A stretch of DNA of 64,000 nt from Vicugna vicugna (GCA_013265495.1 MU058456.1:558001-622000), one strand, 5' to 3'; counted from the stretch's first letter, positions 12,196 to 25,379 are shown. The notes: generated from the letters alone by a model not told the origin. Numbers and translations are program-made.

Positions 12196-15100
12196 GAAAA
12201 ATCAATGACTAGTGAAGATGAGGAATGAAGATTTAGTGGCTGGGGTGGCTTGAGCTTGGTGAGGATGGGGCCTCTCAGCAGTAAGGGGTGACTGTAACTT
12301 ACAGGAGCTGGAAGACAAAGAAAACCCATAGCCTTAGTAGGGAAGAAGCCTGGCTTCCAGTAGCTGTGGTGATACAAAGGGGTGGGGACTGTGTACATCA
12401 CCAGCCAGACGAGTCCTGTGGGTGTGGTCTTGTAGATAACCATGCTTTCATATTTTTTAACTGGTTTTTATTAATCTTTAAGTAAACACAGGGTAGAAAG
12501 ATTCATTATTCAAAATCCCCATATAAGGAGAAGAAATATAATTTACTTACCTGTAAGTCCAGGCTTTTGTATACAAAAGCCCTCAATTTCTTGACAGGCA
12601 GACTATCTATATGCAGAGAGTGGAGTGTTCTGTTCTTGGCAGATTTCAAGCTCAAATTGGAAACTTCCTCTAATTTAGTGTGTCTTTTGATTCCAGCCTG
12701 ATCCACATGTGGTCAACCTAGATCCCTTCCAGCAGCGAGTCTGGAGCAAGAATGGGAAAATAAAAACCTGGGGCACGGGAGTCAGAGTCAGGTCAGATGC
12801 CGACGGTAAAGTTGCTTTCTGGGTCCACCTGCCCACGTCTGTTTCAGATGTGGCCAGATGTCAGTGTGTTCATGCCTTCTGAGGACTGGTTGGCTCCCCA
12901 GCTGGTCAGGTGGTTCCCTGGGGTTCTTGTGTATTGATTGGTTTTGTCTTTGTTCTTTAGTGGGAAGGGAAACAGAATTGTTTCTTCTTATTGGCTAAAG
13001 TAGGTATATTTTTACCTGTATCTTTAGAATTATCGTCTATAGACATGGTTGAAAAACAGAATATGGTAAAACTCTCAGTCCTCTTCAACTCTTCTTGTTG
13101 CTGTGTTGGCCTTATTGACGTAACTCAACCCAGTCCTTGGGGGCTACTTTGAGAACTCAAGGGATTCTTGACAGTGAATTATCTTCTGTCTGTACCGTAA
13201 CTTCTGGTGAATACTTCTTTTAGAAGAGTTATAAACCTGTACCCAAAGGCAAAACCTTTTCCTTACTTGATTTCATGTGGTTACAGGGAATGTCTCGCTT
13301 TGTTCTTCTCTCCTGGAACCTGGAGAGTTTTCTTCTTGGCAAGTGTGGGGGCGGGGAGGGAGGCTCAGAGCACAGGGCTCTTGTTTGGAGCCAGACTCTT
13401 TTACAAAGAATAGATAAAAACATGTGTGTTCCCTGTAGTGGTTGATCAGCCAATCAGACTTTTCAAGGACAGTATAATCAGTAATCAAGAGATCAGAATG
13501 ATCAAGTTACTCACACACTCATGACCCAAGTGAGCAGTGGGTGATGAGAAGTTAAGATGGGTTCCTTTTCTGCAGTCTGCCAAGCTATTCATTGCTCTTC
13601 TTTTTCCTTTTTCTTCTGTCTCCCTCACTATATTTCCCACCCTCTCCCTTTCTTCTCTTATGTGTCTTTCTGTGTCATTTTCTTCTTCCCATGTTTCTCT
13701 AGTTCATGTTCTCCTGGGGGACTGGCAGGTGAGACCTGTCCTGACTCTTGGGAACTGGTAGATGATGGCATGGCACTCAGCCCTGGGATGCTGTGACTGG
13801 ACAGAGGAAGGCTGGGATATTATCACCATTATCTAAAGTTCTAGAGTGAGTGCTAAGTCCAGGATGTGGCTCCCAACAGAGGTGAGGCAGATGTGCATTT
13901 CACCGGGCAGACTGGCAGAAGGCACCATGTTGGGACCTGGTCCCCAGCAGGCTGCTTTTTAGAGGCAAGAGGCAGGCAGTACCAGGTCCTGGGGCCAAGG
14001 CAGCCCCCAGACCTCGAGTTCTGGGGCCTCAGACCAGGGAGACTAGTAACTGAGAAGCAAAGACTCAGCCCAGGGAAACAGGATAGACAGCTGGGCAGAA
14101 CCTGGTCACCTGGTCACACAGAGATCCAGGAGTGATATGGATTTGGTGCTGAGCCACAGACCTACTGACTTAAGGTCTTAGAATTCATTTACTTGTAATT
14201 CTGGAATATATTCATAGATAAATACTTAACATAGTTAACTAATTATAATTATTTACTTATACTTGTTCTTGCCAAGAAAGATGATGGTTAGGCTCTGGGG
14301 TGGGACACAGCCAGAGTGGAAGGATGAGGGGACGTGGAGCCTGGCAGCCAGCAGGACATTAACGTCCCTGAGCAGCTCTTGCTCAGTCACTCTGTGCTCT
14401 TTCCATCTGCCTCTGCCTCCCCTTTCTCCCTCAGTCCTTTCTTTCTCTTTCTTCTCCATTCCCTTCACAGTCTCTGGTTATGTTTTCCCCTCTTAAAGAA
14501 GACATGGAGCTGATAGAAATCATTTGCATGGCCCTGCACCACTGCATCCCCAGGGCCCTCCTTCTAGTCCTCTTTCTATTTGCCAACTTCTCAGTGATTG
14601 TTTTTCCGATCCTTCTCAAATATTTCCATTTTAACCAGGTGAGGCCCCTCAGCTGCAGAGAACTCGTGACTCGTGCTTCTTAGGAACACTTTTCTGAAGA
14701 GTGTTGATCTTGCATCTTGGGTCAGGGTTTAGTTGGCTACTGTTCCCCACGGCGGACTTGCTCTAACAGCCCTTTTTCCCTCTTACTGTAAAATCATGAA
14801 ATGAATATTAATGTACTTGTTTGTCCAGTTAAAGAGTTTAGACATTATTTTACAAGAAGAGCATATTTTGACATTTTTCCCAGAAACTTGTAGAAAGTTT
14901 ATTTTTAGGCTCAGTAGATGTTATTGAAGTTATTAATGTTATTCCAGTGCTTGATGATTTCCGTGTATGGTTCTGGCAAAATGAACCAGGGTAAGAGAGG
15001 ATCGAGTAGGGGAAAGAGAAGAAATATTCGAATGGCTTCTGTTGCTGGGAACTTGATACTGATAAATTGACTAATCCACAAAAATCCTGTCAAGAGGATG

Positions 15101-15879
15101 TCATTATCCTTACTTGATAGTGAAATTATAATTTGTCCCTTTTAAGTGGCTAAATGCTATCCCGGCTGTGGGCTTGCTTCAAACCCCTGCCTTCCTCCTC
15201 CCCACTGTTGTCTGGTCCTGTCCAGAAGTGGGATGTGATTCCCGGCCTGATCCCAGAGCACCCGCCATGGTGGCGCAGTTGGTGCCTTAGGAAGGAGAAA
15301 CGTTTTGAGTTAGGCTGGGTGGCACCGATGGTGGGAGAAACTCTGTTCTTTCTCTACACCTCTTCTCAGAAAATGTTTGGCAGCCAGTTACTCTCCATGG
15401 TTGGTTTTCATTTAGTTGAAAACACACTTTGTCTTTTGGTGCTTTATTTCACTGTTTCCATGTTCCTTCTCTTTCCGTCTCTGAGCAACAAATCCTTCCT
15501 CCTACAATAATACAAAATAGTTCTGCTCAGCCTCAGACCCTGCGGAATCAGATGTCTTCCCACTGCGGTACTTATCAGAGCACCTTCTGAGCAAAGAGAG
15601 GAGTCTCCCCATAAGTCTTCTTAGACCACTTTGTTCAGAAGATAAAACTTTTTTCTGTACAATAAAACAAGTCTGAAAAACTCCAAGCTAGGAGGAAAAT
15701 TACCAAGGGTTTACATGCCACTCTGTGGTCCTTCCTGAAGTAGCTTTGGGGTCCCCGAGAAGACCATAATCTCTGTGAGTAAATGCTAGTCAATTCCCTC
15801 CTGTGTTTCCAAGCAGTAAGTAAACGAGAGTGGCTCAGCCAACACAGTAAGGACAGGAAATTAATGAGATGCGGGATGA

Positions 15880-16075
15880 AATCTCTGCTCAAAGCCCCTA
15901 TCGTCCCTCATTCCTCACTCAGTCTTCACGTTTGCCATGTGGTTTCATGGTTGGGCTGTGTGTCTGTCTCCTGCAATCTGCTGGAAGAGCCCTGAGGATG
16001 ATGACCGTGTCCATTCTGTTTTTATCTTCAGCCCTGAACACAGTGTCTAGGCCATAGTAGACATTTGGCCAAAAA
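15880..16075 (+). mobile_element. L2 3' end fragment
   Basis: gtctgtctcctgcaatctgctggaagagccctgagg...cacagtgtctaggccatagtagacattt resembles the L2 3' end. Confidence 0.55.
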
Positions 16076-17274
16076 ACAAATACAAAAACAAAAACAAAAA
16101 CTGTGGGTTATAAAGCATGTATGAAGAAAACCCCTAGAAGTTCACACAAGTCAACTGGAATTGAATGATGGATACCAGCGAGGTTGTGGCAGGGTAGGTA
16201 AGGGAGCGAGGCATGCTGGGCAGTGGATGGCAGGTCTGGAAACCTACGTGCTGGGCTGGATTCACGCGCCAGCTGTCTTTGCAAAGCTGGGTGGTTGGCT
16301 TGACGGGGCCTCATTTTCTGAAAAGTAGGAAATTAGAGAACAGATTATGGTCTTGGTGTTTCCCACTGCTAATATTTTGTGATTCTAGAATTCTAACTTG
16401 AGGATTTCGGCTAAGAAGCCCTAGAAACTGCTTCTGTTGCTATTGGTTAAGATTGAACTAGACCATTGAGATGGGTTACACAGGAGTGTAAGATGCCGTC
16501 TTGACTGGGGATCTTCCTAGATGCGGGATGGAAGAGGAAATGAAAGTTATCTTTGTCTGGCTTGGTGTGATTTGTGCGCCACGGTGAGGCCCTCTCTCGG
16601 AGGCAGTTTGGAGCGATGGCAGGAACATGAGCTTTGGAGTGAGGACTCTTGAGCTTGATTGCTTTTGTTTCTATTGTGTAGCTGATAGCGTTGGAGGGTT
16701 TAATCTTTCCCAACCTGTCTCCTCGTTGCTAAAATGGGAATTATACAACTACCCGCCTGGGGGTCTACTCTGTGAGCCAGAGTGGGAAACCAGCAGAGAA
16801 TGTCGAGTTTTGTGGCATTGTGGCGATTTTCCCCTCTGACTCTAAATGCAGAGGCAATGACTGGTGAGGAATGTATCTTCTTCCTGTTTGGTTAACTGCG
16901 GTCAGAATCTTCAGTTACGTCGCTGATGGGGACATGATGGTACCAGGGGAATTTAACGTCTTCAGATATGTAAACAACTTCAGGCATAGATCACATCCTT
17001 AAATAAAGGTCAGGGAATCATCTAGAATATTAAAGTGACAGGAAAATAGGTGTTACATATGTAAAGTCAAATCAGTATATTCTCTGTGCTTCCCCAGTGT
17101 CATTGTCTCTAAATTGAACTTTGAGAAGTGCTATGCTTAAAAAAAACCTATAATATAATATTAGCTCTATTTAAATCTGTAGACTATTGAAGTTATTGCT
17201 TAATGTACACATGGCAATTAAAAGCCTGCTGTGTGGTGCTTTGTCCTTGGGACTGTGATGATATTGCTGGCAGG

Positions 17275-17276
<2 letters not shown>

Positions 17277-17307
<31 letters not shown>

Positions 17308-17308
17308 T
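17277..17308. repeat. (TG)n microsatellite
   Basis: Directly visible TG dinucleotide run with one interruption. Confidence 0.95.
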
Positions 17309-17888
17309 AGAGATGTTCATAAGCAAAGGAATTGATTTTCTTGAGTTGACAGACAAAAGCGAGATTGTGGTATCAAAGTGCTAATTTACATATTTCTCTC
17401 GGGAGGGAAGAAAGAAAATCAATTCTCTTAAGAGATGAAGCTAGTGGTGCAGCTCTGTTTAGGTGAATACCACTGTAGTTGGATCTAATAATGTGTGTTA
17501 GGATGTTTCTGAAATGCTTTTTATATTGCTAATTGAAGTTTGTGTTTCAAAGAATTAATTACAAAACTGCAGATGGAAAGTGGTATTGGTGCCTAGCACA
17601 TCTTTCAGTTTAAATATGTTCTATTGATGTATTTTGCAAAACATGGATGTTCACTGAGAAAGCGAAATGCAATAAACAGCTAAATAGTTTGGGTAAATTA
17701 ATGTGGCTCAGGAAATTATTTGCTTAACAAATCATATTGACATAAACAATTCTTGGTAAGAGTCTAAGCTCTCCCTTTGACCCCCCCTTCTTATTCTCAA
17801 AAGGCTTTTAAGATGACCTATAATAACACATAACTCAGCCAGGTGAATACGTTAAAAATAGGTGAAGAGAGACAAGAAAAACAACCAT

Positions 17889-18112
17889 AGAGAAAAGTTT
17901 CTTAACTGGGGCATAATTGATGTTTTATGCTGGGTAATTCTTTGTTGCTCAGGGCTTTCCTGTAGATTGCAGAATGTTTGGTGGCACCTGTGGTCACTAG
18001 TCAGTAGATACCAGCACGTCCCCTGTCCCTTTATGTTGGACAAATCAAAAATGGTTTCAGACATGGCCAAACGTCCCCTCGGCAGCAAGATCACCATGAC
18101 TTGAGACCACCT
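17889..18112 (+). mobile_element. MER20 hAT-Charlie DNA transposon
   Basis: gggcataattgatgttttatgctgggtaattctttgttg...aaaaatggtttcagacatggccaaacgtcccct...ttgagaccac follows the MER20 pattern. Confidence 0.8.
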
Positions 18113-18466
18113 GGGTCTTAGCTTGAGCTACTGTAACGAAACATTGAATGCCTTATAAACACAGTTTATTTCTCCCAGTTCTGGAGGCTTGGAAGTCCAA
18201 GATCGAGCCACTGGTAGGTTCGGTGTCTGGTGAGAGCCCGCTTCCTGGTTCATAGCCACCCCTCTTCTGGCTGTGTCCTCATGTGGTGGAAGGGGCAAGG
18301 CAGGTCTGCGGGGTGTCTTCTGCAAAAGCACTAATCCCATTCAGGAGGGCTCTCCCCTCCTGACCTAATCACCTCCCCAAATCTCTACCTCCAAATACCG
18401 TCACTCTGCGGGTTAGGAGTCAACATATGAATTGGCAGGGGGGACACAAACATTCAGTCTGTAGCA
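18113..18466 (-). mobile_element. MaLR solo LTR (MLT1A/A0-like)
   Basis: tttatttctcccagttctggaggcttggaagtccaagatc...gggacacaaacattcagtctgtagca. Confidence 0.88.
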
Positions 18467-19709
18467 GAGGGTGAGGTGAAATCCAGTGAGGTTACTGCAG
18501 CTACCAGGTCTGTGAAATCCTGATAGAGACTGGACGGGCCACACTTGCTGGTGACAGTCTGCAAGCTTTGCCCTGTGATTTCTAGCTGCTGCATTAGAGG
18601 AACGTGGTTAGTTATGTGGTTCATGGACTTCCTAGGATAAAATCAGACCATAACCCAGCAGAGGCAAACTGTTCCTAGTGCAGAGAACTGACAGCATTTT
18701 CTCTGAGATTCTGTCGCCCCAGCTGGAAAGAAGCTCCTAGTGGGTGGGGATTTTTGTCTGTTTTGTCCACTTTTGTCCCCAGAGGAATACCTGGTGCACA
18801 GCTGCTTACTGTTTTTATAAAGAGATGAGTCTTGACAAGGAGGAGAATGTTCAATACAGGGCCTTCCTTCTGTTTATAGAAAAGAGTTGCAGGATTTATG
18901 TGAGGCTGTTTCTTACAAAATCATTACATGGAAGCATGCATTCTGGGTGGCATAATCCAAAATGATTGTTAGCAAATTCAATTCAATTGGTCCCAGTAAA
19001 ATGTGGTCCAAGATGGTAGCTCTCTCAGGGTCTGACTCAATCTATAGCTGGATTTAGGATGCTGGGAAGGGAGGAAGGGAGGTTGCATGTTCCTCAGGCA
19101 GTGGTGAGGATGTACAGTGAATTCTTTTCACTCTATTCTTTGAGTTGTGCAGAGTAGAGGTAAGGATGCCTGAGAGGTAACTCTCGGAAGGGCCAGGTAA
19201 ACAAAGAGCCATATGCTTTGTGAGTCAACAGGCTAAGAGAAGGGGAGAAGTGAATTGAGCTGTGGTGACAGTTATCACCAACATTACTACTCACTGAGTG
19301 CTTGCGTGTGCCAAGCGCTGTGTCACACCCTTTTCATCCACCCTCCCTCTGCATCCTCACCACCTCTGAACTTCAGGGGAGGAGTTAAGTAGCATGACAT
19401 TGGCCTTCTGTGCCTGAGAATTCAAATCTGGAGTAGGCTCCTCACTTCCTGCACACTGAAAACTCCACAGCAATGGGTGATCAAGCCCCAGGAATTTGTG
19501 ATCTGGAGCACGGCACGAGAATTACAGCCTGAAATAATTTGAAAGCAGTTCATTCAAACCAACTTCTCATTTGAGCCAAAAAGAAAAAAAAAAAGACCAC
19601 TCAGTAAAAGTGTAACAAGTTTAACTTCCTTGCAAACCGTTGATAATGAAGGACACATGCAGAGATGTTTCCACATGAGGTAACTTCTACTCAGGGATGT
19701 TAGTAACCA

Positions 19710-19870
19710 CCACAGCTAACGTTTATTGTGCACTTACTACGTTCCATGTGTTGCTTTACGTGCATGTATGAGTTCTTTTAACTTTCACGACCATCTCAGG
19801 AGACAGGTAGTATTCTTACTAACATTTTATAGATGAGGAAACAGGCATAGAAATAGTTAAATGTCTTAAT
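19710..19870 (-). mobile_element. MIR SINE
   Basis: gctaacgtttattgtgcacttactac...cattttatagatgaggaaacaggc. Confidence 0.8.
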
Positions 19871-20742
19871 TAGGGTAGTAAACTTTGGCATTCCTAACCA
19901 CTGCGGAATTAGTTTGAGGACAATAATGACTGTCTTAACTATTGAAACTCTATCAGATTTTGAAATCTTGCTTAAAGGCTTTGGTTTAAACGTAAATACG
20001 ATCCGATTTTTCAGTCTAAGTCAATGCAGGTTGCCAGTTGGATTCCTTTTTGGATGAAGGCAATACAGCAGTTAATTAAGATTATAAGCAAAATCTATAC
20101 AGTATTACAATTATTCATTTATTTTCATATCTACAATTTCTTAGAATATTTAATACCAAGAAGCAGAGTAAGTGAACAATGTCTTCATAACCCTATGTTA
20201 ACTAGTCCGTCTCTTTCTCTTTTTTTAGCACCAAAAAGACTTTACTGTGAGACCCCATTGTGTATGCCATGTCATTGGTGATCCCTTTGAACTAATGAAC
20301 TTTGGCCTTAGGGCACATGCATTCTGGATGGGTCTTTAAAATGCATGTGCCATATCTTAGAAATGAATGAGGAATTACCAAACAGAGGAACTGATAGACA
20401 TAAGTGATTATGCTAGTTAGGGTACAGTTAAAGGTCGAATAATTCATTAGATAGGAATCACCTTCAGAGGTTGCAGTGTTTAAAAATTAGCATATTATTT
20501 GGTATATAGAAAAGATTCTTTGAAAACATGCCATTTGCTCTAACCTAAGGGTCTTTTTCATATGTGAAGTGTTCAGCTTTGTCAAAAGGCTAGAGACTCC
20601 CTTTAGCATTTTCACCTTGAATAACATTTAATATTATAAGGTTATCCTATTTTTTCCAACAATAAAAACCATTAATTGCGTGTGTCTTTTTTTTTTTTTA
20701 GTTTTTTAAAAAACTAAATACCAGAGATTTGCGGTTTTTTTC

Positions 20743-21560
20743 TTTCAACAAATATTTCCAGGGCGCTTTTTATGTAGAGCAGTAGACAAATAGTGGACAA
20801 AACAGACTAGTAGGTAATTTCTTGTAACTTACATTCTAGTGGGAGAAGAACAATAAACAAATACAAACGCTCTCACATGTCATGCGGTGATAGATACTAT
20901 GGAGAAAAAAAGGAAAGGGAAAAAAGTGGTGGGCATGGCCTTCTGCATAGGGCAGTTAGAGAAAGCCTCCCCCACCCCCGGCCCCGACAAGGAGTAACCT
21001 TTGAACAGGGAACTGGAAGATGGGAGGGGTGGAGATGGTAGCTAATATCTGGAGTGTGTCCCAGGTAGAGGAAGTGATGGGTGTAAAGGTCCGGGCTGGG
21101 AAGATGGGGGGCTTCTGAGGTCTGAGGCAAGAGTGAGTGGAGTACTAGGGGCTGGGATCAGAGAGGTGGGGTAGAGGTGGTAGGACCTTGTAGGGCGTTG
21201 TCAAGACTTTGAATTTTGTTCTGGAGAAGGGGAAGTCCTGGTAGGACTCCAAGGAGAGGATGCGGAGCATCTGGCGTATGTTTTAGAAGGGTCCCTGCTG
21301 CTGTGCTGAGAGTAGGACAGAAGCAGAGAGATCTATTGGGGGCAGGGGGTGGGGGAGGCTATTGCAAGGGAGACCTAGATGGCAGAGGCATCAGTGGTAG
21401 CAGTAGAAATGGCAAAGTGATGGGGTTCTGGATATGTTTTGGAGGTTGAGTTAGACGATTTGCTGAGTGGCTTTGGAATAAGAAAGAGGTTCAGAATAAG
21501 TGTAGGATTTGCGACTTGAGAAGCTAGGTGAAAGGAGTCGCCATCGACTGAAGTTAGAAT
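20743..21560 (-). mobile_element. L2 LINE fragment
   Basis: Starts ttcaacaaatattt (reverse complement of the L2 tail), followed by a purine-rich L2 body (ttctggatatgttttggaggttgag...gatttgctga). Confidence 0.75.
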
Positions 21561-21963
21561 AATCTTCCATTTGTTTCCAAGTAACAATGGTTATAAGAAA
21601 TATAAATGAGAGAACTTGTGTGCTTGGGCAGGGAAGTACCTGGAGACGCGGTTGGAGAAACTGTCAGTTAAGAAGGCTGCAAGTTCTGTATTCATCGAAA
21701 GTCATAACATGCCTGTTTTAGAAACAGCCGGATGAAACTACACATAAAGCCATAGAGGAAGAAACTCATGGTCCATTTGGAGATAGTGGTGGTGGTGAGG
21801 ATGGCAGAGACACTGAACAAAATGAGGCCAAGTCTTGTAAATGATTTGCCTTTAATTCATCTTCACTGATGGCAGAAGGCACAGTATAATTGTGGTGGAT
21901 TCTTCTGTTTTACTCAGCCTGGTATTTGTAAAACAGCAAACTATGAGATCAATATAGAAAATA

Positions 21964-22128
21964 GGAGGACAGTATATAGCTCAGTGGTAGAGCTCATGCT
22001 TAGCATGCACGAGGTTCTGGGTTCAATCCCCAGTACCTCTATTAAATAAATAAATAAGCTTCCCCCTCCCACCCCGCCCCAAAGAAACCGAAGCAAAGCA
22101 AAGCAAAGAAAAAAAAAGGAATAAAAAA
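21964..22128 (+). mobile_element. Lineage-specific tRNA-derived SINE (camelid type)
   Basis: tatagctcagtggtagagctcatgcttagcatgcacgaggttctgggttcaatccccagtacctc plus (TAAA)n and an A-rich tail. Confidence 0.9.
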
Positions 22129-23789
22129 GATGTAGAATTCCAGTGATTAGCATTTCTATAGAACAAATGATTTTGGAAACTTCCTCCAAATCTGCATCAG
22201 ACTTACAGTAGTTGCGTACACCTTTTGTTCTCTAAGATGCTTACCCATTTCCTGTGATGCACTGCTAGCAAGAGACATTGCTTACCTGGGAGAGGTACGT
22301 TTGGTCCCTGTCTGTCTGACTTCTAAATACAGTAATATGCAAATGTACTTCAAACTGTTTTGTGGCTCTTGGAACTACAGGACGTTAAGAAAACTAAACG
22401 TGGGAAGTTTTGAGCAAATCCACCACGAATCAGTGTTTGCCATAGGTGAATGAAGTAAAGCCGTGTTTCTGGAGAATGTGTTTCAATCCAGGATGCTTAG
22501 TGGCTGACAGCGTGCTAGGTGAGTGCGTTTAGATGACCAGGGAGCAGGGTGTAGCTCTCTAGGAGCCCACTGACTGCATAGGGAGGGAAATTAGAAGTAT
22601 CTGTAGCATGTCCTAAGAAGCACGGGCTTGGAAGCCCTTGAACGTGAGTGAAAAGTTGTGGAGACAACCTCTGTCTTTAGTTGAGTTCCTTGTAGGATGG
22701 AGTCTTGGGAGTTTGGAAAAATTGGAAAACATTAAACTGAAATCATTTAAAGGGCAATGTCCAGAGTGATATGTTGACTGTTGGCCAGAAGCTCCAGGGT
22801 CTGATGAAATGTTTTTAAAGGGATCAAGAATGTTTGAATCAGGACAAAAAATGAAAAATAAATGGCAAGGCTGCAGTGGACCATTTTGAGAAGCTTTGAC
22901 TAATTGTAGAAAGAAAAGTAGAGCCGCTGACAACACAGCAAATTTGGAAAAATGATCTATTTAGAGAGAGCCCTGTTGGGAGTGTGATTTTGTGTGAGGA
23001 AGAAAATGGGATCCTGGGAAAATGGGAACATGGCGTGGTGCTGCTAGGCTGTTCTGCGTGTATTGTGGCATCTGCTGCCCTCACAGTTCACTGCCTCAGT
23101 TTTGCCAGATTTAAAATAATACTCCCCCATCATGGGGCTGAGATTCTGGTGAAAAACTCTGGCTCATGGACTAATCGCTTACAACTCTATACGTGTTGAC
23201 GTGTTTTCTTTTTTCCTTTTCTTACACCTTCTCCTGGATTTCCTTCTCTTTCTTCTATGTTTGTTTCATGTCTTTTGTGGCTTTGTCAGAAATAGGTAAG
23301 GAAATCGCATAATGCCTCCTTAGGAATTATCTTCTTTCCTCGGCTTATTTTTCCACCCTCTGTTAATTTGTGATATAACACCCTTTGCCAAAGAAATTAA
23401 TTATAACTCCGCACGCTGAAAAATTTAACTTCAGGTGGAAAATAAGTAGCAGAAGCTGATGAACCTTAAACAATAAATATTTGTGTTTTACGCAGCTGCC
23501 ACTAGTAATTCAGAGAAAAATGACTAAATGGAAAGGACCCCAGCTTGCTTGGCTGTTCCAAAGGGCTCCTGGTGCATTTACAGGAGTCTAGTGATTACAG
23601 AGCATTTTGTTGAACATCTATGACACATTGCCACCTTGTGGCTGCAAGTTTTCTTTTCAGTGTGAAAGCAAATTTTTAGTATGAAATCTACATGATATGT
23701 TATTTCTCCTGGTATTTATACTTCACCTCAGTAACAAAAGGTTTGAGGCATCACCTAAGAGCACGTACAGTACCAAGCAGGAGAATTTA

Positions 23790-24040
23790 AGAGAATGTCC
23801 TGGTTCTTAGAAGAGGCAGGCTGAAGTACTGAGGGGTGAAAATCCGCAATGTCTGCAGCTAACTCTCACTGCAGGGGAAAGAGAAGGAGAGAGAGAGGAA
23901 AGCGAGTGGAAGTGGTGTGGCACCACTGGTAAAGGGAGTATGGTGTTCATTGTATTAATCTCACAACTTGTCTGTTGTGACACATTTTCTTAAATTTTCC
24001 CCCAAAAAATTGGCAGAAAAAAGAAAAAAGAAAAAAAAAA
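23790..24040 (+). mobile_element. Old L1M (L1MC/ME-like) 3' end fragment
   Basis: gagaatgtcctggttcttagaag...ctgaagtactgaggggtgaaa...gtgttcattgtatt, followed by an A-rich tail. Confidence 0.6.
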
Positions 24041-25379
24041 AAACTAGGGTAAGGACATAAAATGGAGCCTAGCAGGAAGCAAAATTAACCTCTACCTTAT
24101 GTAATGGTTGGGGCTGCATTTAGACCTCTGGCTGGGTTCTGTGTTTTCTAGTATCTGCTGTGTCACTGTCCAGGGTTCCCATGCTACAATACATTTAAGG
24201 GCAGAACTAGACAGAAGTTCATCCTGGGATGCCCTCCTAAGTAGGACACTGATGTAATAAGCAGCAGCCTCAACAAATACTTCAAAAAATACCATCCGGG
24301 ATTCCTTTTCCCTGCTGATCAGGGCAGATCCTGGAGTGGACGTACTGCTAACTTCTTGAAGACCTCTCACTAAACAGCTAAGTGGTGATGAAATACAGTG
24401 CAGTACTGATGGGCAGTGAATTGCAGATGGTACTTACTGACAAGTGCTTGAAATCCAGCTGTTCTGTGTTACTAATGAACACAGTTGAGCTTGTGGGAGA
24501 GTTGACATCATGGAACAGCTGAGCCAATGAAGCCTATTTCATCTCAACAGGCTTGAGAGGAGTTACTCATAGGCAAGGTCACATTTCTTTTTGTGTCATG
24601 GTTTTGAACATGCTGCATTGCATAGCCAGACAAATGGCTGACTTCATCCTGAATTTCTTCTTCCTATGAATACATCCATGAGAGTCTTAATCGGAGAAAA
24701 TCCTGACAAATACAACCAGATGACCATCTTTCTACCCAGGAAAACAAAACAAATCTCAGGGAAGCATCCCTAAAAAAATGTCTGGCTTTGAGCAGTGTCA
24801 CCCAACTCTTTTTTGCTTTTAAAATTTCTATGAAGTTGGCTCTTTTCTGTGGCAGTTGGAATTTCTGTGAATATATTTTGTACTTTTTTGTTCTTAATAA
24901 CTGTCTGGTGTATGCATGTGCACATGAATATTTTTGTCTTTAACAACTATCTAGGCACTGACATATGCACATATACTTACTTGGAGAAGAACATTTTGGA
25001 AGATAGGGTCCTATTCCAGTATGAAAGGTTTTCTTATAAAAGCAGGACAGGTCTTAAAATAAGTGTTGTGACACGAGGGATTCTTTTGTGGAAAACTGTC
25101 TTTTGAAGTGACTTTGGTTTCTCTGGCTCTTGTGACATGCTTTCTTTTAAAAAGCTATAAAATGATAGAGGGATGTATTAATTTCCATTAAGCATTGTAC
25201 TCGGAGATTTCCCTTCCCTATATGTATTTGTGAGCACCAAAGTCTTGTGAATTTTCTTTTGTGGCCAACTAAAGAAGTGATCTTTTGATTCTGTAGAGAA
25301 TCTATAGAACAATAGTCTTCATTTTTTAGGGGGATGATGGCTCACAGAAAGACGTATTGTACATGGTGACTCAGGATAC

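Noticed and set aside
21964..22040. tRNA gene suggested by A and B boxes (also at 9700, 29154 and 55008)
   Set aside because: Multiple diverged copies with (TAAA)n/A tails, some with TSDs, identify them as tRNA-derived SINEs.
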